Positions 1-9,587 are shown, counted from the first letter of the stretch. The stretch is DNA of 64,000 bases from an uncultured Clostridia bacterium (GCA_947601445.1 CANQGD010000003.1:4050-68049); one strand, 5' to 3'. Numbers and translations: made by a program. Notes: generated by a model not told the origin, from the letters alone.

Positions 1-1
1 C

Positions 2-2194
2 GGAATCTCAAAGGAGTACTATCAAAATCTCAAATACACATACTTCTCTGCGAAGGACGCACAAAAAGTTGTTCCCGATGACAACTATCAGGGAAAGCGC
101 ATAGTTATTGTGTACTACACCGATGATCAAGGAATCCGGCTTTGGGATATAGGTTCGAATAAATTTATGCTCATTATGCGGAGCGGCGGCGAGACAGAGG
201 TAACAAGGGATGAGATTACATTCTCGTCGTATTACCACGACCCACAGGACTACTACAAGACATTCCGTGCAGACAATGGAACTACGATCAAGTTCTACAA
301 GGACGGCTCCGTTGAAACAGATATTTCCACTTCCGAATTTCGCCAATATATCTATGTAACGAACGAGTGGTTGAGTCAGCATGTACCGTCCTATAAATAT
401 GAAAAGGCGATTGTGCTATATAACGAAGGTGAAAACAACCTCGTTGTGTGTGAATACATCGACGGTAACACGCTCCGTATTGGCAGTACTTACTACCGTG
501 CCACGGGCGACACCGAGGACAGTCATCCGGAGCCGAATCCCGATACGCCGGATACACCCGATACACCTGACAAACCCGATACGCCGGATACACCCGATAC
601 GCCTGACAAACCCGAACCGAGTTATCCCGAAGATCATACCCATATTTACGGAACCGATAACGCTTGCTCGATATGCAAAAAGCCGTGGCAATATACCGAT
701 GGTTTGCAATACTCGTCAAACTCTGACGGCACTTATACCGTTATAGGGAGAGGTTCCGCTACGGGAGCAATCGTTGTTCCTTACGGTTACAATGGTGGGG
801 CAGTGACTGCGATCGGCGAAGGGGTGTTTCAAAATAGTTCCTTGATCACAAGTGTTGTTCTCCCCGAAAGTGTGAAAACGATTGGAGCAAAGGCGTTCCG
901 TGCTTGTTCCTTAACCGAAATCACTCTTCCGAGTGCTCTCACGGATATTGGTGTGCAAGCATTCGAGCTATCCGGACTTCAAAGCTTGACCATTCCGGAA
1001 AATATGGTTGAAATCGGAGATGCTGCATTTTCCCAATGTAATTCATTACAAACCGTTTATTGGAATGCCGTCAATTGTATGACCGTGGGAACGCAGCCCT
1101 ATATCTTCGGAGAGAATTGTACGTCATTAACCAAAGTTGTCATCGGAGATGCTGTACGATCCATCCCCGCCTTTGCTTTTGTAGAATGCACTCGACTTTC
1201 AGACGTTACGATTGGGAAAAACGTATCTTCGATTGGGGAAGGTGCCTTTTGTGGGTGTACAGCACTTACAAAAGTCGCGCTTCCCGAGAGTTTAATTTCG
1301 ATTGGGGAAGCTGCATTCGCTCTAACCGGACTTCAAAGCGTTACTATTCCCGAGAAAGTGACTTACATTGGTGATTCCGCATTCAGTGGTTGCGAGTTAT
1401 TGCAAACGGTGTATTGGAATGCCTCCAACTGTATGACCGCAGGAACGCAATATACTATATTCAACACATTGATAGGGACCGAAGAAGAGTACATAGTAGT
1501 ACCGTTGAAAGAGGTTGTGATTGGAGACAAAGTTCAGTCTATTCCTGCCTATGCTTTCGCGTATTGTGATCAGCTTACAAACGTTACGATTGGGAAAAAC
1601 GTATCTTCGATTGGGGAAGGTGCCTTTTGTGGGTGTACAGCACTTACAAAAGTCGCGCTTCCCGAGAGTTTAATTTCGATTGGGGAAGCTGCATTCGCTC
1701 TAACCGGACTTCAAAGCGTTACTATTCCCGAGAAAGTGACTTACATTGGTGATTCCGCATTCAGTGGTTGCGAGTTATTGCAAACGGTGTATTGGAATGC
1801 CTCCAACTGTATGACCGCAGGAACGCAATATACTATATTCAACACATTGATAGGGACCGAAGAAGAGTACATAGTAGTACCGTTGAAAGAGGTTGTGATT
1901 GGAGACAAAGTTCAGTCTATTCCTGCCTATGCTTTCGCGTATTGTAATCAGCTTACAAGCGTTGTAATCGGGAAGAACGTGACCGAAATCGGAGACGATG
2001 CATTCTATGAATGCACGAGCCTTAACACCGTGTACTATATGGGCGATGCTACCGAGTGGGCGGAAATCCAAAAGGGCGCGAACAACTCCGATCTCTCGAA
2101 CGCCCGCGTCTACTATTACAGCAGCAGCGCAAATTACGACGGAAATCACTGGCATTACGATCGGGATATTCCTACCGTTTGGAAGAAATCGTAA
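2..2194 (+). CDS. BspA-like leucine-rich-repeat surface protein (5' end outside window)
   Basis: The reading frame is open to the left window edge; the ORF track starts at a GTG at 110. There are more than 15 LRR units of the type IGxxAFxxCxxLxxVxIPxxVxxIG, preceded by a Pro/Asp/Thr linker (PDTPDTPDKPDTPDTPDTPDKPEP). Confidence 0.8.
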   Translation, partial: GISKEYYQNLKYTYFSAKDAQKVVPDDNYQGKRIVIVYYTDDQGIRLWDIGSNKFMLIMRSGGETEVTRDEITFSSYYHDPQDYYKTFRADNGTTIKFYKDGSVETDISTSEFRQYIYVTNEWLSQHVPSYKYEKAIVLYNEGENNLVVCEYIDGNTLRIGSTYYRATGDTEDSHPEPNPDTPDTPDTPDKPDTPDTPDTPDKPEPSYPEDHTHIYGTDNACSICKKPWQYTDGLQYSSNSDGTYTVIGRGSATGAIVVPYGYNGGAVTAIGEGVFQNSSLITSVVLPESVKTIGAKAFRACSLTEITLPSALTDIGVQAFELSGLQSLTIPENMVEIGDAAFSQCNSLQTVYWNAVNCMTVGTQPYIFGENCTSLTKVVIGDAVRSIPAFAFVECTRLSDVTIGKNVSSIGEGAFCGCTALTKVALPESLISIGEAAFALTGLQSVTIPEKVTYIGDSAFSGCELLQTVYWNASNCMTAGTQYTIFNTLIGTEEEYIVVPLKEVVIGDKVQSIPAYAFAYCDQLTNVTIGKNVSSIGEGAFCGCTALTKVALPESLISIGEAAFALTGLQSVTIPEKVTYIGDSAFSGCELLQTVYWNASNCMTAGTQYTIFNTLIGTEEEYIVVPLKEVVIGDKVQSIPAYAFAYCNQLTSVVIGKNVTEIGDDAFYECTSLNTVYYMGDATEWAEIQKGANNSDLSNARVYYYSSSANYDGNHWHYDRDIPTVWKKS
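539..610 (+). repeat. 2 x 36-bp in-frame tandem repeat encoding the PDTPDTPDTPDK linker
   Basis: The unit cccgatacgccggatacacccgatacacctgacaaa is repeated with 1 mismatch. Confidence 0.85.
1203..1958 (+). repeat. 2 x 378-bp near-perfect in-frame tandem duplication inside the LRR gene
   Basis: Bases 1203..1567 are identical to 1581..1945 (365 bp), with the first mismatch at 1568/1946. The translated 126-aa blocks are identical in the ORF track (TIGKNVSSIGEGAFCGC...IPAYAFAYC twice). Confidence 0.9.
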
Positions 2195-2448
2195 TACAAA
2201 GGGCGACTCCGTGCCGAGATATGTGCGGTTTCAATGTCACTTAAATTGAAATTAGCGAGCCGAAAGGGCGTATTCCATACGGTAAGGTGTCCAATGGATT
2301 TTTGACGCGTTTCTTGAACGGGAAAAGTTTTTTAGAAAAGACGACAAAAAATGCACAATTTTGACTTGTTAGCCGAAAGAGAGAAAAATATAATACGGTA
2401 TAACATTTGTAATTGACACATGGAAGTCGAGTAAAAATAATTTGTCAT

Positions 2449-2483
2449 AAAAAAGCCCGGAATCCGTAAGGACTCCGGGCTTT
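2449..2483. terminator. Bidirectional rho-independent terminator hairpin
   Basis: Stem gcccggaatcc / ggactccgggc with a GTAA loop. It is flanked by A6 upstream and TTT downstream, so the U-tract is stronger on the minus strand. Confidence 0.6.
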
Positions 2484-2984
2484 GCCTTTATATTCGGTTA
2501 AGAGGTTCGTGCTTGGTCGAAGATATAGAACTTGTCCGATACCCGCGTCGTTTTGTAGATTATTTGATTGTCTTTTAAGAAGAAAAATGCTATAATATTC
2601 CTATGAATATAGGGTATCGGATTTTGTCGGTCGAGGCGGCGGATAATATAAACACGAACAGGAAAGCTGCACGCTCGTCGGCTATCGGCTTCCCGAAAAG
2701 GGCGACGCGCGTTTCGTCTGTTCAAGATACTCTTGGACGATCAGTTGGACTTAAAAGAGCTTGAAAAGGCATATACGCGCATTTGCCGCAGGAAATTCGC
2801 TTTTCAAGACGAGTACGAAAACGCCTACACCCTCGCCGTCGTCAACGTCAAATTCAACTTCGTATTCATGCCCGCGAAATGGAAGCTCGTAAAAGTTAAA
2901 GAACTTCGAGAGCTTCTCTATAAAAACGGCGTTTCGAGGAATTGCAGTAGAAAATTGACGGCAGGTAATTAAACAAACAGCAAT

Positions 2985-3695
2985 ATGAACAAAAAACAAT
3001 TTTGCCGCAGCGAAATGCTCCTCGGCGAAGAAAAAATGAACAAATTGTACAATGCGCACGTCGCGGTATTCGGTCTGGGTGGAGTTGGCAGTTATGTCGT
3101 AGAGGCTTTGGCGCGAGCGGGCGTCGGGCATTTGACGTTAGTGGACGACGACGTTGTTGCCGAGAGCAATCTTAACAGACAATTGTATGCTTTACACTCC
3201 ACGTTGGGACGACTCAAAACGGAAGTGGCGAAAGAACGCGTTGTTGACATCAATCCCGATTGCAAAGTAAAAGCGCATGCGCTGCGTTTTGAAAGCGGCA
3301 ACTGCGCCGATTTCGATTTTTCCGAGTATGACTATGTCGTTGACGCGATAGATACCGTTACAAGCAAATTGTTGTTGATAGAAATGTGCGTTGCTGCCGC
3401 CGTGCCCGTTATTTCCTGTATGGGTACGGGCAACAAACTGAATGCCGAGCAGTTGCGCGTTGCGGATATTTCCGAAACTTGCACCTGCCCTCTTGCAAAA
3501 GTCGTTCGCAAAGAGCTGCGTTCGCGCGGCATCACAACGGGTGTGAAAACGGTGTATTCGCCGGAAACTCCCGTTACTCCTACGCAGTTGGAAACAACTC
3601 TCAAACGTCAGACTCCGGGAAGCGTTTCTTACGTGCCGTCGGTTGCGGGATTGCTGATTGCCGGCGAAGTGATAAAATATTTGATAAATCGATAA
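2985..3695 (+). CDS. tcdA: tRNA threonylcarbamoyladenosine dehydratase (ThiF/MoeB/HesA family, TcdA-like)
   Basis: Rossmann motif VAVFGLGGVGSYVVEALARAGVGHLTLVDDDVVAESNLNRQ. The ~236-aa length fits TcdA/CsdL. Confidence 0.8.
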   Translation: MNKKQFCRSEMLLGEEKMNKLYNAHVAVFGLGGVGSYVVEALARAGVGHLTLVDDDVVAESNLNRQLYALHSTLGRLKTEVAKERVVDINPDCKVKAHALRFESGNCADFDFSEYDYVVDAIDTVTSKLLLIEMCVAAAVPVISCMGTGNKLNAEQLRVADISETCTCPLAKVVRKELRSRGITTGVKTVYSPETPVTPTQLETTLKRQTPGSVSYVPSVAGLLIAGEVIKYLINR

Positions 3696-3910
3696 AACCC
3701 GCAGCGGCGGTTTGTTAAAACGTTGGGTTGTGCGAGAAAAAGTGTTTTTTATTCGGACAAAAATATATCGACGTAAAAAAACGAAATTTTCGATTTTATT
3801 GAAGTGTAAAATCGGATATGGGGCGTAAAAAACATTATGAAAGTATGCGGGCAGAACAAAGTACGGTCGTCTGCGTAAGATAAAAACGATACTTTGTAAT
3901 AATGTCAAAA

Positions 3911-3950
3911 TAAAAAGGGATTGCGAAATTCGGTCGCAATCCCTTTTTTG
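3911..3950. terminator. Bidirectional terminator between tcdA and the ATPase gene
   Basis: An 11-bp stem agggattgcga / tcgcaatccct flanked by A5 and T6. Confidence 0.75.
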
Positions 3951-3981
3951 TAATTTGTGAAACGAAAGTCGGTCAAAATAT

Positions 3982-6633
3982 TCATTTGCAATGTTTGCGA
4001 ACAAGATTCACAATCAATTTTTGAATTTCCACCAACGGGATTATTGCAAATGCGAGCGCAAGCGCCGAAAAGTACTCGACGGCGGAAATTTGCACAAATC
4101 CGAAAGCGTCGTTCAGTCCGGGAATATATATTACTGCGGTGGTAAGCGCAAGACTCAACAGCATCGCGCCCCACAGCAAAAGATTTTGATTTTTTAGACG
4201 GAAGATACTTCCCGTCATACTGCGCGCATTGTAAGCATGGAAAATTTCCGTCATGCTCATTGCGAGAAACGCCATAGTCATTCCCTGTTCGGTAGATTGC
4301 CAATGTGCGCCTTCGAGATAGGCGCCCAAAAAGTAGGCGGCAAGCGTTATCCCTGCGACAAAGATACCGTGAATTACCACATTTATTCCCAAACCGCCTG
4401 CAAAAATACCCTCTTTTTTGAGGCGCGGAGGACGCTTCATAACATTTGACTCGGCTTTTTCCATGCCGAGAGCAACAGCGGGGAGAGTATCCGTAATAAG
4501 ATTTATCCACAGTAAATGCGCGGGACGAAGCAGTGTAAAACCGCACAGGGTAGACACAAATACCGCAAGCACTTCGGCAAGATTGCTTGAAAGCAAAAAT
4601 TGTATTGCTTTGCGAATGTTGTCATAGATACGCCGTCCTTCTCCGACGGCTGTGACGATGGTGGCAAAATTGTCGTCAGTCAGTATCATATCGGCGGTGT
4701 TTTTGGTAACGTCCGTTCCGGTTATGCCCATTCCTATGCCTATATCTGCGCTTTTAATGGAAGGAGCGTCATTCACTCCGTCTCCCGTCATGGCGCACAC
4801 CTTACCCAACTTTTTCCAAGCGTTTACAATTCTTACTTTGTGTTCCGGTTGCACGCGCGCATACACAGAATAGTCTTTTATTTTATTTTCAAATTCTTCG
4901 TCGCTCATTTCGTCGAGAGCCGAACCGAGTATCGCTTGATTTTTATCGGAAATTATGTCTAACTGTAACGCTATTGCCACTGCGGTGTCTATGTGATCGC
5001 CCGTTATCATTATCGGACGTATGCCCGCATTTTTACACCGAACTATCGCGTCGGCAACCTCTTCGCGCACAGGGTCTATCATTCCGCACAGTCCGACAAA
5101 AATCATATCCTTTTCTATCGCGGAAGCGGAAGTGTCTTGCGGAAGATTATCGTAGTTTTTGTAAGCTACGGCAAGTACGCGCAACGCTTTGTCCGCCATT
5201 TGTTTGTTGCGGCAAAGAATTTCTTTTTTCAATTCATCGTCCAAAACAACCGTTTTGCCGTCTTTTATCGCGTAAGCACATCGAGCCGTGATTTCATCGG
5301 GCGCTCCTTTCGTATACTGAACGACGCCGTTTGGGGTTTTGTGTAAGGTACTCATCATCTTGCGAATGCTGTCAAAGGGCGCTTCCGCTATGCGCGGATT
5401 TTCTTTTTGCAAGTCCGTCTTGTTCAGCCCTTTTTCGAGAGCAAAGTTGACCAGCGCGCACTCCGTCGGTTCGCCTACCGCTTTTCCGTCGTTGACTTCG
5501 GCGTCGCAGCACAAAGTCATTCCCTTGGCAAGCAGCGTTTCGTCCGTGCCGTAAGTTTCCACGACGGTCATTTTATTTTGCGTAAGGGTACCCGTTTTAT
5601 CCGAGCAGATAATTTCCGCACAACCCAGTGTTTCCACTGCCGTCATTTTACGTATCACGGCGTGTTTTTTGCTCATATTGGTTACGCCGATAGACAATAC
5701 TATTGTAACTACGGTGGCAAGCCCTTCGGGAATAGCGGCTACGGCAAGTCCGATTGCAACAAGCAACGAATCCATCACAACGTCTATGCCGAAACCATTG
5801 CCGCTCGTGTAACTCATAAGCAATTTGAACAAAAATATAAACAGCGAAATTCCCACGACCGCGTACGTCAAAACTTTGGACAGTTGCGCCATTTTGATTT
5901 GCAACGGCGTTTTTTCTTCTTTTGTGGCGGCAAGTACGTTGGCGATTTTTCCCATTTCGGTATTCATTGCCGTCGCTACGACCACGGATTTTGCTCTGCC
6001 GTAAGCGATAGAGCTGCCCATGAATAACATATTTTTGCGATCGCCGAGAGGTACATCGCCGTCTATTTTTACCGCCGTCTTTTCAATCGGCAAACTTTCT
6101 CCCGTCAATGCCGATTCTTCGACTTTGCAGCTTGCCGCTTCCAAAATACGGCAATCTGCGGGAACGCTGTCTCCCGCTTCCGTCAATACCACATCGCCCG
6201 CTACGAGATTGCAACTGTCGATTATCGTCATTTTCTCGTCTCGCAGCACTTTGCATTTGGCTTCCGTCATAGATTGCAACGCGACGATTGCTTTTTCCGC
6301 TTTGCTTTCTTGTATAACGCCGAGTACAGCATTGAGCAGAACCACCGTTACGATTATTATGACGTCTGCAAAACTCTCCCGTTCGTTGTTCGGATTGGCA
6401 TTGTTGACAAGCGTAAGCGCCAAACTGATCACAGCCGCGACCAACAAAATTATTATCATCGGGTCTGCAAGCTGTTTGAAAAATTTAACTACTACGCTTT
6501 GTTTTTTACCTTCGGCAAGTTTGTTTTTGCCGTTTTGCGCAAGGCGTGCTTCCGCCTCCGATGCGGATAGTCCCTTGGGTGTCGAATTTACCTGTTCGAG
6601 TACCTGTTCTGTTGACAGTTGATAGTATTTCAT
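3982..6633 (-). CDS. P-type cation-transporting ATPase (P2-type, Ca2+/Mn2+-like)
   Basis: Phosphorylation motif ICSDKTGTLTQNKM, hinge motif MTGDGVNDAPSIK, TGES, and AIPEGLATVV in TM4. Length 883 aa. Confidence 0.9.
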   Translation of the reverse strand: MKYYQLSTEQVLEQVNSTPKGLSASEAEARLAQNGKNKLAEGKKQSVVVKFFKQLADPMIIILLVAAVISLALTLVNNANPNNERESFADVIIIVTVVLLNAVLGVIQESKAEKAIVALQSMTEAKCKVLRDEKMTIIDSCNLVAGDVVLTEAGDSVPADCRILEAASCKVEESALTGESLPIEKTAVKIDGDVPLGDRKNMLFMGSSIAYGRAKSVVVATAMNTEMGKIANVLAATKEEKTPLQIKMAQLSKVLTYAVVGISLFIFLFKLLMSYTSGNGFGIDVVMDSLLVAIGLAVAAIPEGLATVVTIVLSIGVTNMSKKHAVIRKMTAVETLGCAEIICSDKTGTLTQNKMTVVETYGTDETLLAKGMTLCCDAEVNDGKAVGEPTECALVNFALEKGLNKTDLQKENPRIAEAPFDSIRKMMSTLHKTPNGVVQYTKGAPDEITARCAYAIKDGKTVVLDDELKKEILCRNKQMADKALRVLAVAYKNYDNLPQDTSASAIEKDMIFVGLCGMIDPVREEVADAIVRCKNAGIRPIMITGDHIDTAVAIALQLDIISDKNQAILGSALDEMSDEEFENKIKDYSVYARVQPEHKVRIVNAWKKLGKVCAMTGDGVNDAPSIKSADIGIGMGITGTDVTKNTADMILTDDNFATIVTAVGEGRRIYDNIRKAIQFLLSSNLAEVLAVFVSTLCGFTLLRPAHLLWINLITDTLPAVALGMEKAESNVMKRPPRLKKEGIFAGGLGINVVIHGIFVAGITLAAYFLGAYLEGAHWQSTEQGMTMAFLAMSMTEIFHAYNARSMTGSIFRLKNQNLLLWGAMLLSLALTTAVIYIPGLNDAFGFVQISAVEYFSALALAFAIIPLVEIQKLIVNLVRKHCK

Positions 6634-6659
6634 ATTTTCTCCGAAATAGTTTCTTATTT

Positions 6660-6790
6660 AAAAACTCACACAACCGATGCGGGTTGTGTGAGTCTCATCA
6701 TTTGAAACGGTGCCAGACGGTATTCCGTCGGTTGTTGGCAGCTGTTGCGGTATTCGCCGATTACTCCCTCACAGAGTGTTCAATCGAATA
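6660..6790 (-). promoter_or_regulatory. Attenuator leader; candidate yybP-ykoY-like (Mn2+) riboswitch with intrinsic terminator
   Basis: The minus-strand leader contains GAGGGAGUAAUCGGCG (compare the conserved GGGGAGUAG), a GACGG-AAUA-CCGUC hairpin and ...AUGAUGAGAC. An 11-bp terminator (cucacacaacc/gguugugugag + U5, about 6660..6693) lies about 25 nt before the ATG. The 5' UGUGAG can pair with CUCACA of the terminator's left arm, giving mutually exclusive folds. Confidence 0.45.
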
Positions 6791-6791
6791 A

Positions 6792-6820
6792 ATGATAGCA
6801 CACGTAAAATAGGTTGTCAA
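6792..6820 (-). promoter_or_regulatory. Sigma-A-type promoter of the ATPase leader
   Basis: On the minus strand: TTGACA, 17 nt, TATCAT. Confidence 0.6.
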
Positions 6821-7026
6821 CAAAAATAGCAAATGGTATAATATCCATGTATGCATTTCGTTGCCGCGGCAAGCCGATTTTTTCAGAGAGGTATTCGCGC
6901 TTTCAAGTTTTTTTATCTTGACCGAGCATTGCGCTGCAATCGAAATCTGTATGATCACGAAACATTATATTTGCTGTTTGCGTTAAATTCGTTTGCGTAA
7001 ATACGCATCGGCGTTCGGAGGTTAAT

Positions 7027-7755
7027 ATGCTACCTTGCAAAACTTACTATACAATGGACTGCTTTTTGTATGAAAGTAATTTCGATACATGCGGGACCGT
7101 CAAAATACACAAGATTATGGAATTTATGCAGGATGCCGCAGGAGAGCATGCGAACCGTTTGGGTTTCGGATGGGACAATCTGGACGCTACGGGGTGCTTG
7201 TGGGTGTTGTCCAAGCTGAAAATACGTTTCGACAAGCCCGTTACCAAGGATGTAAAGCGGTTTACGCTGTATACATGGCCTTTGAAACCCGCACGCTTTT
7301 TTGCCGAACGTTGTTTTGTGGCTGTGAATGAGGCAAAAGAACAGCTTTTTGCGGCGACTTCAATATGGCTGGTTATAGACCGCGACACTCGCCGAATCGT
7401 GTCCGCAGACAGGCTCTCGCAAATTTACAATTGCGACTTCGACGAGGCGCACTGCGATGTGCTGGCTGATTTTGAACGCATACGTCGCGACGACGGCTAT
7501 GTCCCTTGTTATAAAAAGACCGTTCGGCGCAGCGATTTGGATGTGAACGGACATGTCAATAACACCAACTATATCAACTATGCGTCGGATGTGTTGGAGC
7601 CTCGTGAACGCGTCACGGAGGCGGAAATCGTTTATCAAAAGGAGCTTATGCTCGGCGACGTTGCGGAAATATATTGTAAACGGCAATCGAACGTAGTATA
7701 TGTAGTGGGGGAGCGTGAGGAAACATGCTTTACCGCCAAACTTACTATCGGGTGA
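7027..7755 (+). CDS. Acyl-ACP thioesterase
   Basis: Double hot-dog pattern with the motif DLDVNGHVNNTNYINY. The ATG is preceded by GGAGG. Confidence 0.8.
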   Translation: MLPCKTYYTMDCFLYESNFDTCGTVKIHKIMEFMQDAAGEHANRLGFGWDNLDATGCLWVLSKLKIRFDKPVTKDVKRFTLYTWPLKPARFFAERCFVAVNEAKEQLFAATSIWLVIDRDTRRIVSADRLSQIYNCDFDEAHCDVLADFERIRRDDGYVPCYKKTVRRSDLDVNGHVNNTNYINYASDVLEPRERVTEAEIVYQKELMLGDVAEIYCKRQSNVVYVVGEREETCFTAKLTIG

Positions 7756-7762
7756 ACAACCG

Positions 7763-8890
7763 ATGAAAAACTTTTCGGAGGAATTTATGTTGCAAACAGG
7801 TTCGGAAAACGATAAAATTTCCGTAGAATATCAATGCGATTTCAATCAATTTCGTCGTATATTTACAAAATTACTACTTCCTTCCTATTTGACGATATTC
7901 GGTTTGGTTTTCGTGCTTTTGGGATTTGTGGCGGTATTCGCCGTTGTTTGTATCGATGGATTGATAGTAAAGATCGTATATTCGGCGTTATTTTGCGGTG
8001 CGTTATGTTTAGTTGCCGCGATGATGATAAAATCACTGCGCAGGCAAATTGCAAATTTGTTTGCAATGCACGGCAAAGACGGTCTTGTCGGCGAAAGGTT
8101 GGAAATAGAGGGTAACAACCTTGTTATTAAAGGATTGTTTGCAGAAATGTCCGCCGTTTTTGACAGACAGTCGATAATAAAAGTCAAACGACACAAAGAA
8201 TACTTTTCTTTCAAGTTGGCGTTGGGTTCTGTAAAAGCAATTCCGTTAAACGAGCAGACGGAACAACTTTATATCGCTTTGACCGACGATGCGGTTTGGC
8301 AGCGTGCGGCTATGGCAAATCCGACAAAGGACAGAGATATTGCCGTGCGTCCGACGGATGTAATGAGTTTCGAATACGAGCTTTCTCGCAAACAATGTGT
8401 TGAATTTATGACCGATATGGCTTTGGCACGGGTTGCGTTTTTGATTTTGTCTTGCGTGTTTTTTGTATTACTCGCGGCTGTGATGTACGTACGTACTTTT
8501 GTGTACGGTGACGGCAAATTGGGGTTGCCGTTTGTTCTTGCGCTGGCAATGACGGTATTTGTACTATTATTTATTGTATATTCGTTGTATGTCGTGATAA
8601 AAAGTCGCAAAAACGGTGCCGGATATTTTGAAATGAGCAATGTGGACGGCAAATGTTATGAGCGTATAGAACTCGGACAGCTCGGAATAGTTTCGGTAAA
8701 CGTACTGAAAAATACACGCAGCGAGTTTCGCATTGCGTCAATGGCGCGCGTTCGCCGCCGTAAAAAATACTTTGTCATCGAATTTAAATCGGGAGAGATT
8801 TTGCCCGTTCCTTTTAATGCGGAAACTTCGCGGCTTTACGACGTGCTTGTTTCGTCTGTTCCCAAACCGCTGAGCGGCAGACTGAAATAG
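7763..8890 (+). CDS. Membrane protein with an internal duplication (YcxB-like: TM hairpin plus soluble domain, twice)
   Basis: The in-frame ATG at 7763 was chosen over the track start at 7715. Two hydrophobic hairpins are each followed by a ~90-aa domain, ending IPLNEQTEQLYIAL and LPVPFNAETSRLYDVL. Confidence 0.5.
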   Translation: MKNFSEEFMLQTGSENDKISVEYQCDFNQFRRIFTKLLLPSYLTIFGLVFVLLGFVAVFAVVCIDGLIVKIVYSALFCGALCLVAAMMIKSLRRQIANLFAMHGKDGLVGERLEIEGNNLVIKGLFAEMSAVFDRQSIIKVKRHKEYFSFKLALGSVKAIPLNEQTEQLYIALTDDAVWQRAAMANPTKDRDIAVRPTDVMSFEYELSRKQCVEFMTDMALARVAFLILSCVFFVLLAAVMYVRTFVYGDGKLGLPFVLALAMTVFVLLFIVYSLYVVIKSRKNGAGYFEMSNVDGKCYERIELGQLGIVSVNVLKNTRSEFRIASMARVRRRKKYFVIEFKSGEILPVPFNAETSRLYDVLVSSVPKPLSGRLK

Positions 8891-8912
8891 TGGTTTGTTT
8901 TTGAAAAAATTA

Positions 8913-8949
8913 TAAAAAAAGTTCGGCTTTTTGCCGAACTTAATTTTTG
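8913..8949. terminator. Bidirectional terminator shared by convergent genes
   Basis: Stem aagttcggc / gccgaactt flanked by A7 and T5. It overlaps the stop codon of the MarR gene. Confidence 0.7.
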
Positions 8950-9392
8950 CAAGTCGAATTTTGAAATTCGAAATAACTCATCACGTATGCTATACTGTCG
9001 TATAGTTTGTCTATTTCCTCTTTGCTTTTTTTGCGTAATGCAAAGTCCAATCTTCGGTCTATTTTCTTTTTGAGAGAATCAAGCAGTTCCCGTCCTTTCG
9101 GCGCCAATCGCGCATAAAACTTGCGGCGGTTTTGCGGGTCGCAAACACGTTCTGCCATTTGCAGCTCGACAAGCGTATCCACAACCTTGGTCAATTGTTG
9201 ATTGCTCATACGCAAATCTTCCGCCAACTCCGACATTGAAAGTTCGCCGTTTTGATTGAGTATATGCAAACATGTCAATTGCGTCAAAGAAATGGGAATA
9301 TCGTTTATAGACACCAAATCGCGGTACATTTTTCGCATTTTCGGATAGTATGCGAAAATCAAATCCGCGAGTTCCGATATTTTACTGTTCAT
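8940..9392 (-). CDS. MarR-family transcriptional regulator
   Basis: Winged-HTH pattern LTQLTCLHILNQNGELSMSELAEDLRMSNQQLTKVVDTLVE...RRKFYARLAPKGRELL. Confidence 0.85.
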   Translation of the reverse strand: MNSKISELADLIFAYYPKMRKMYRDLVSINDIPISLTQLTCLHILNQNGELSMSELAEDLRMSNQQLTKVVDTLVELQMAERVCDPQNRRKFYARLAPKGRELLDSLKKKIDRRLDFALRKKSKEEIDKLYDSIAYVMSYFEFQNSTCKN

Positions 9393-9587
9393 ATTGATTA
9401 CTTCCTTTTTTTATTATACAATTTTTACATTTTATTGTCAACGCCATACTTTTCGGTAAAATGAAATATTTTTTGTTGCAATTTTCCTTTTATCCTTGCG
9501 AAAAATCCGTATTTAGTGTAAACTGAATAGGTATGCGTAAGGACATACGCAAATGTCGTTTGTCCGTTGTTCAAAAAGGAGGAATGT

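Noticed and set aside
2498-2972. The 75-aa minus-strand ORF (2498..2725) and the 79-aa plus-strand ORF (2733..2972) as real genes.
   Set aside because: Both start at TTG with no Shine-Dalgarno sequence. The first has an Arg-rich, low-complexity N-terminus and is antisense to other candidate frames. I report them only as part of a possible decayed region, not as features.
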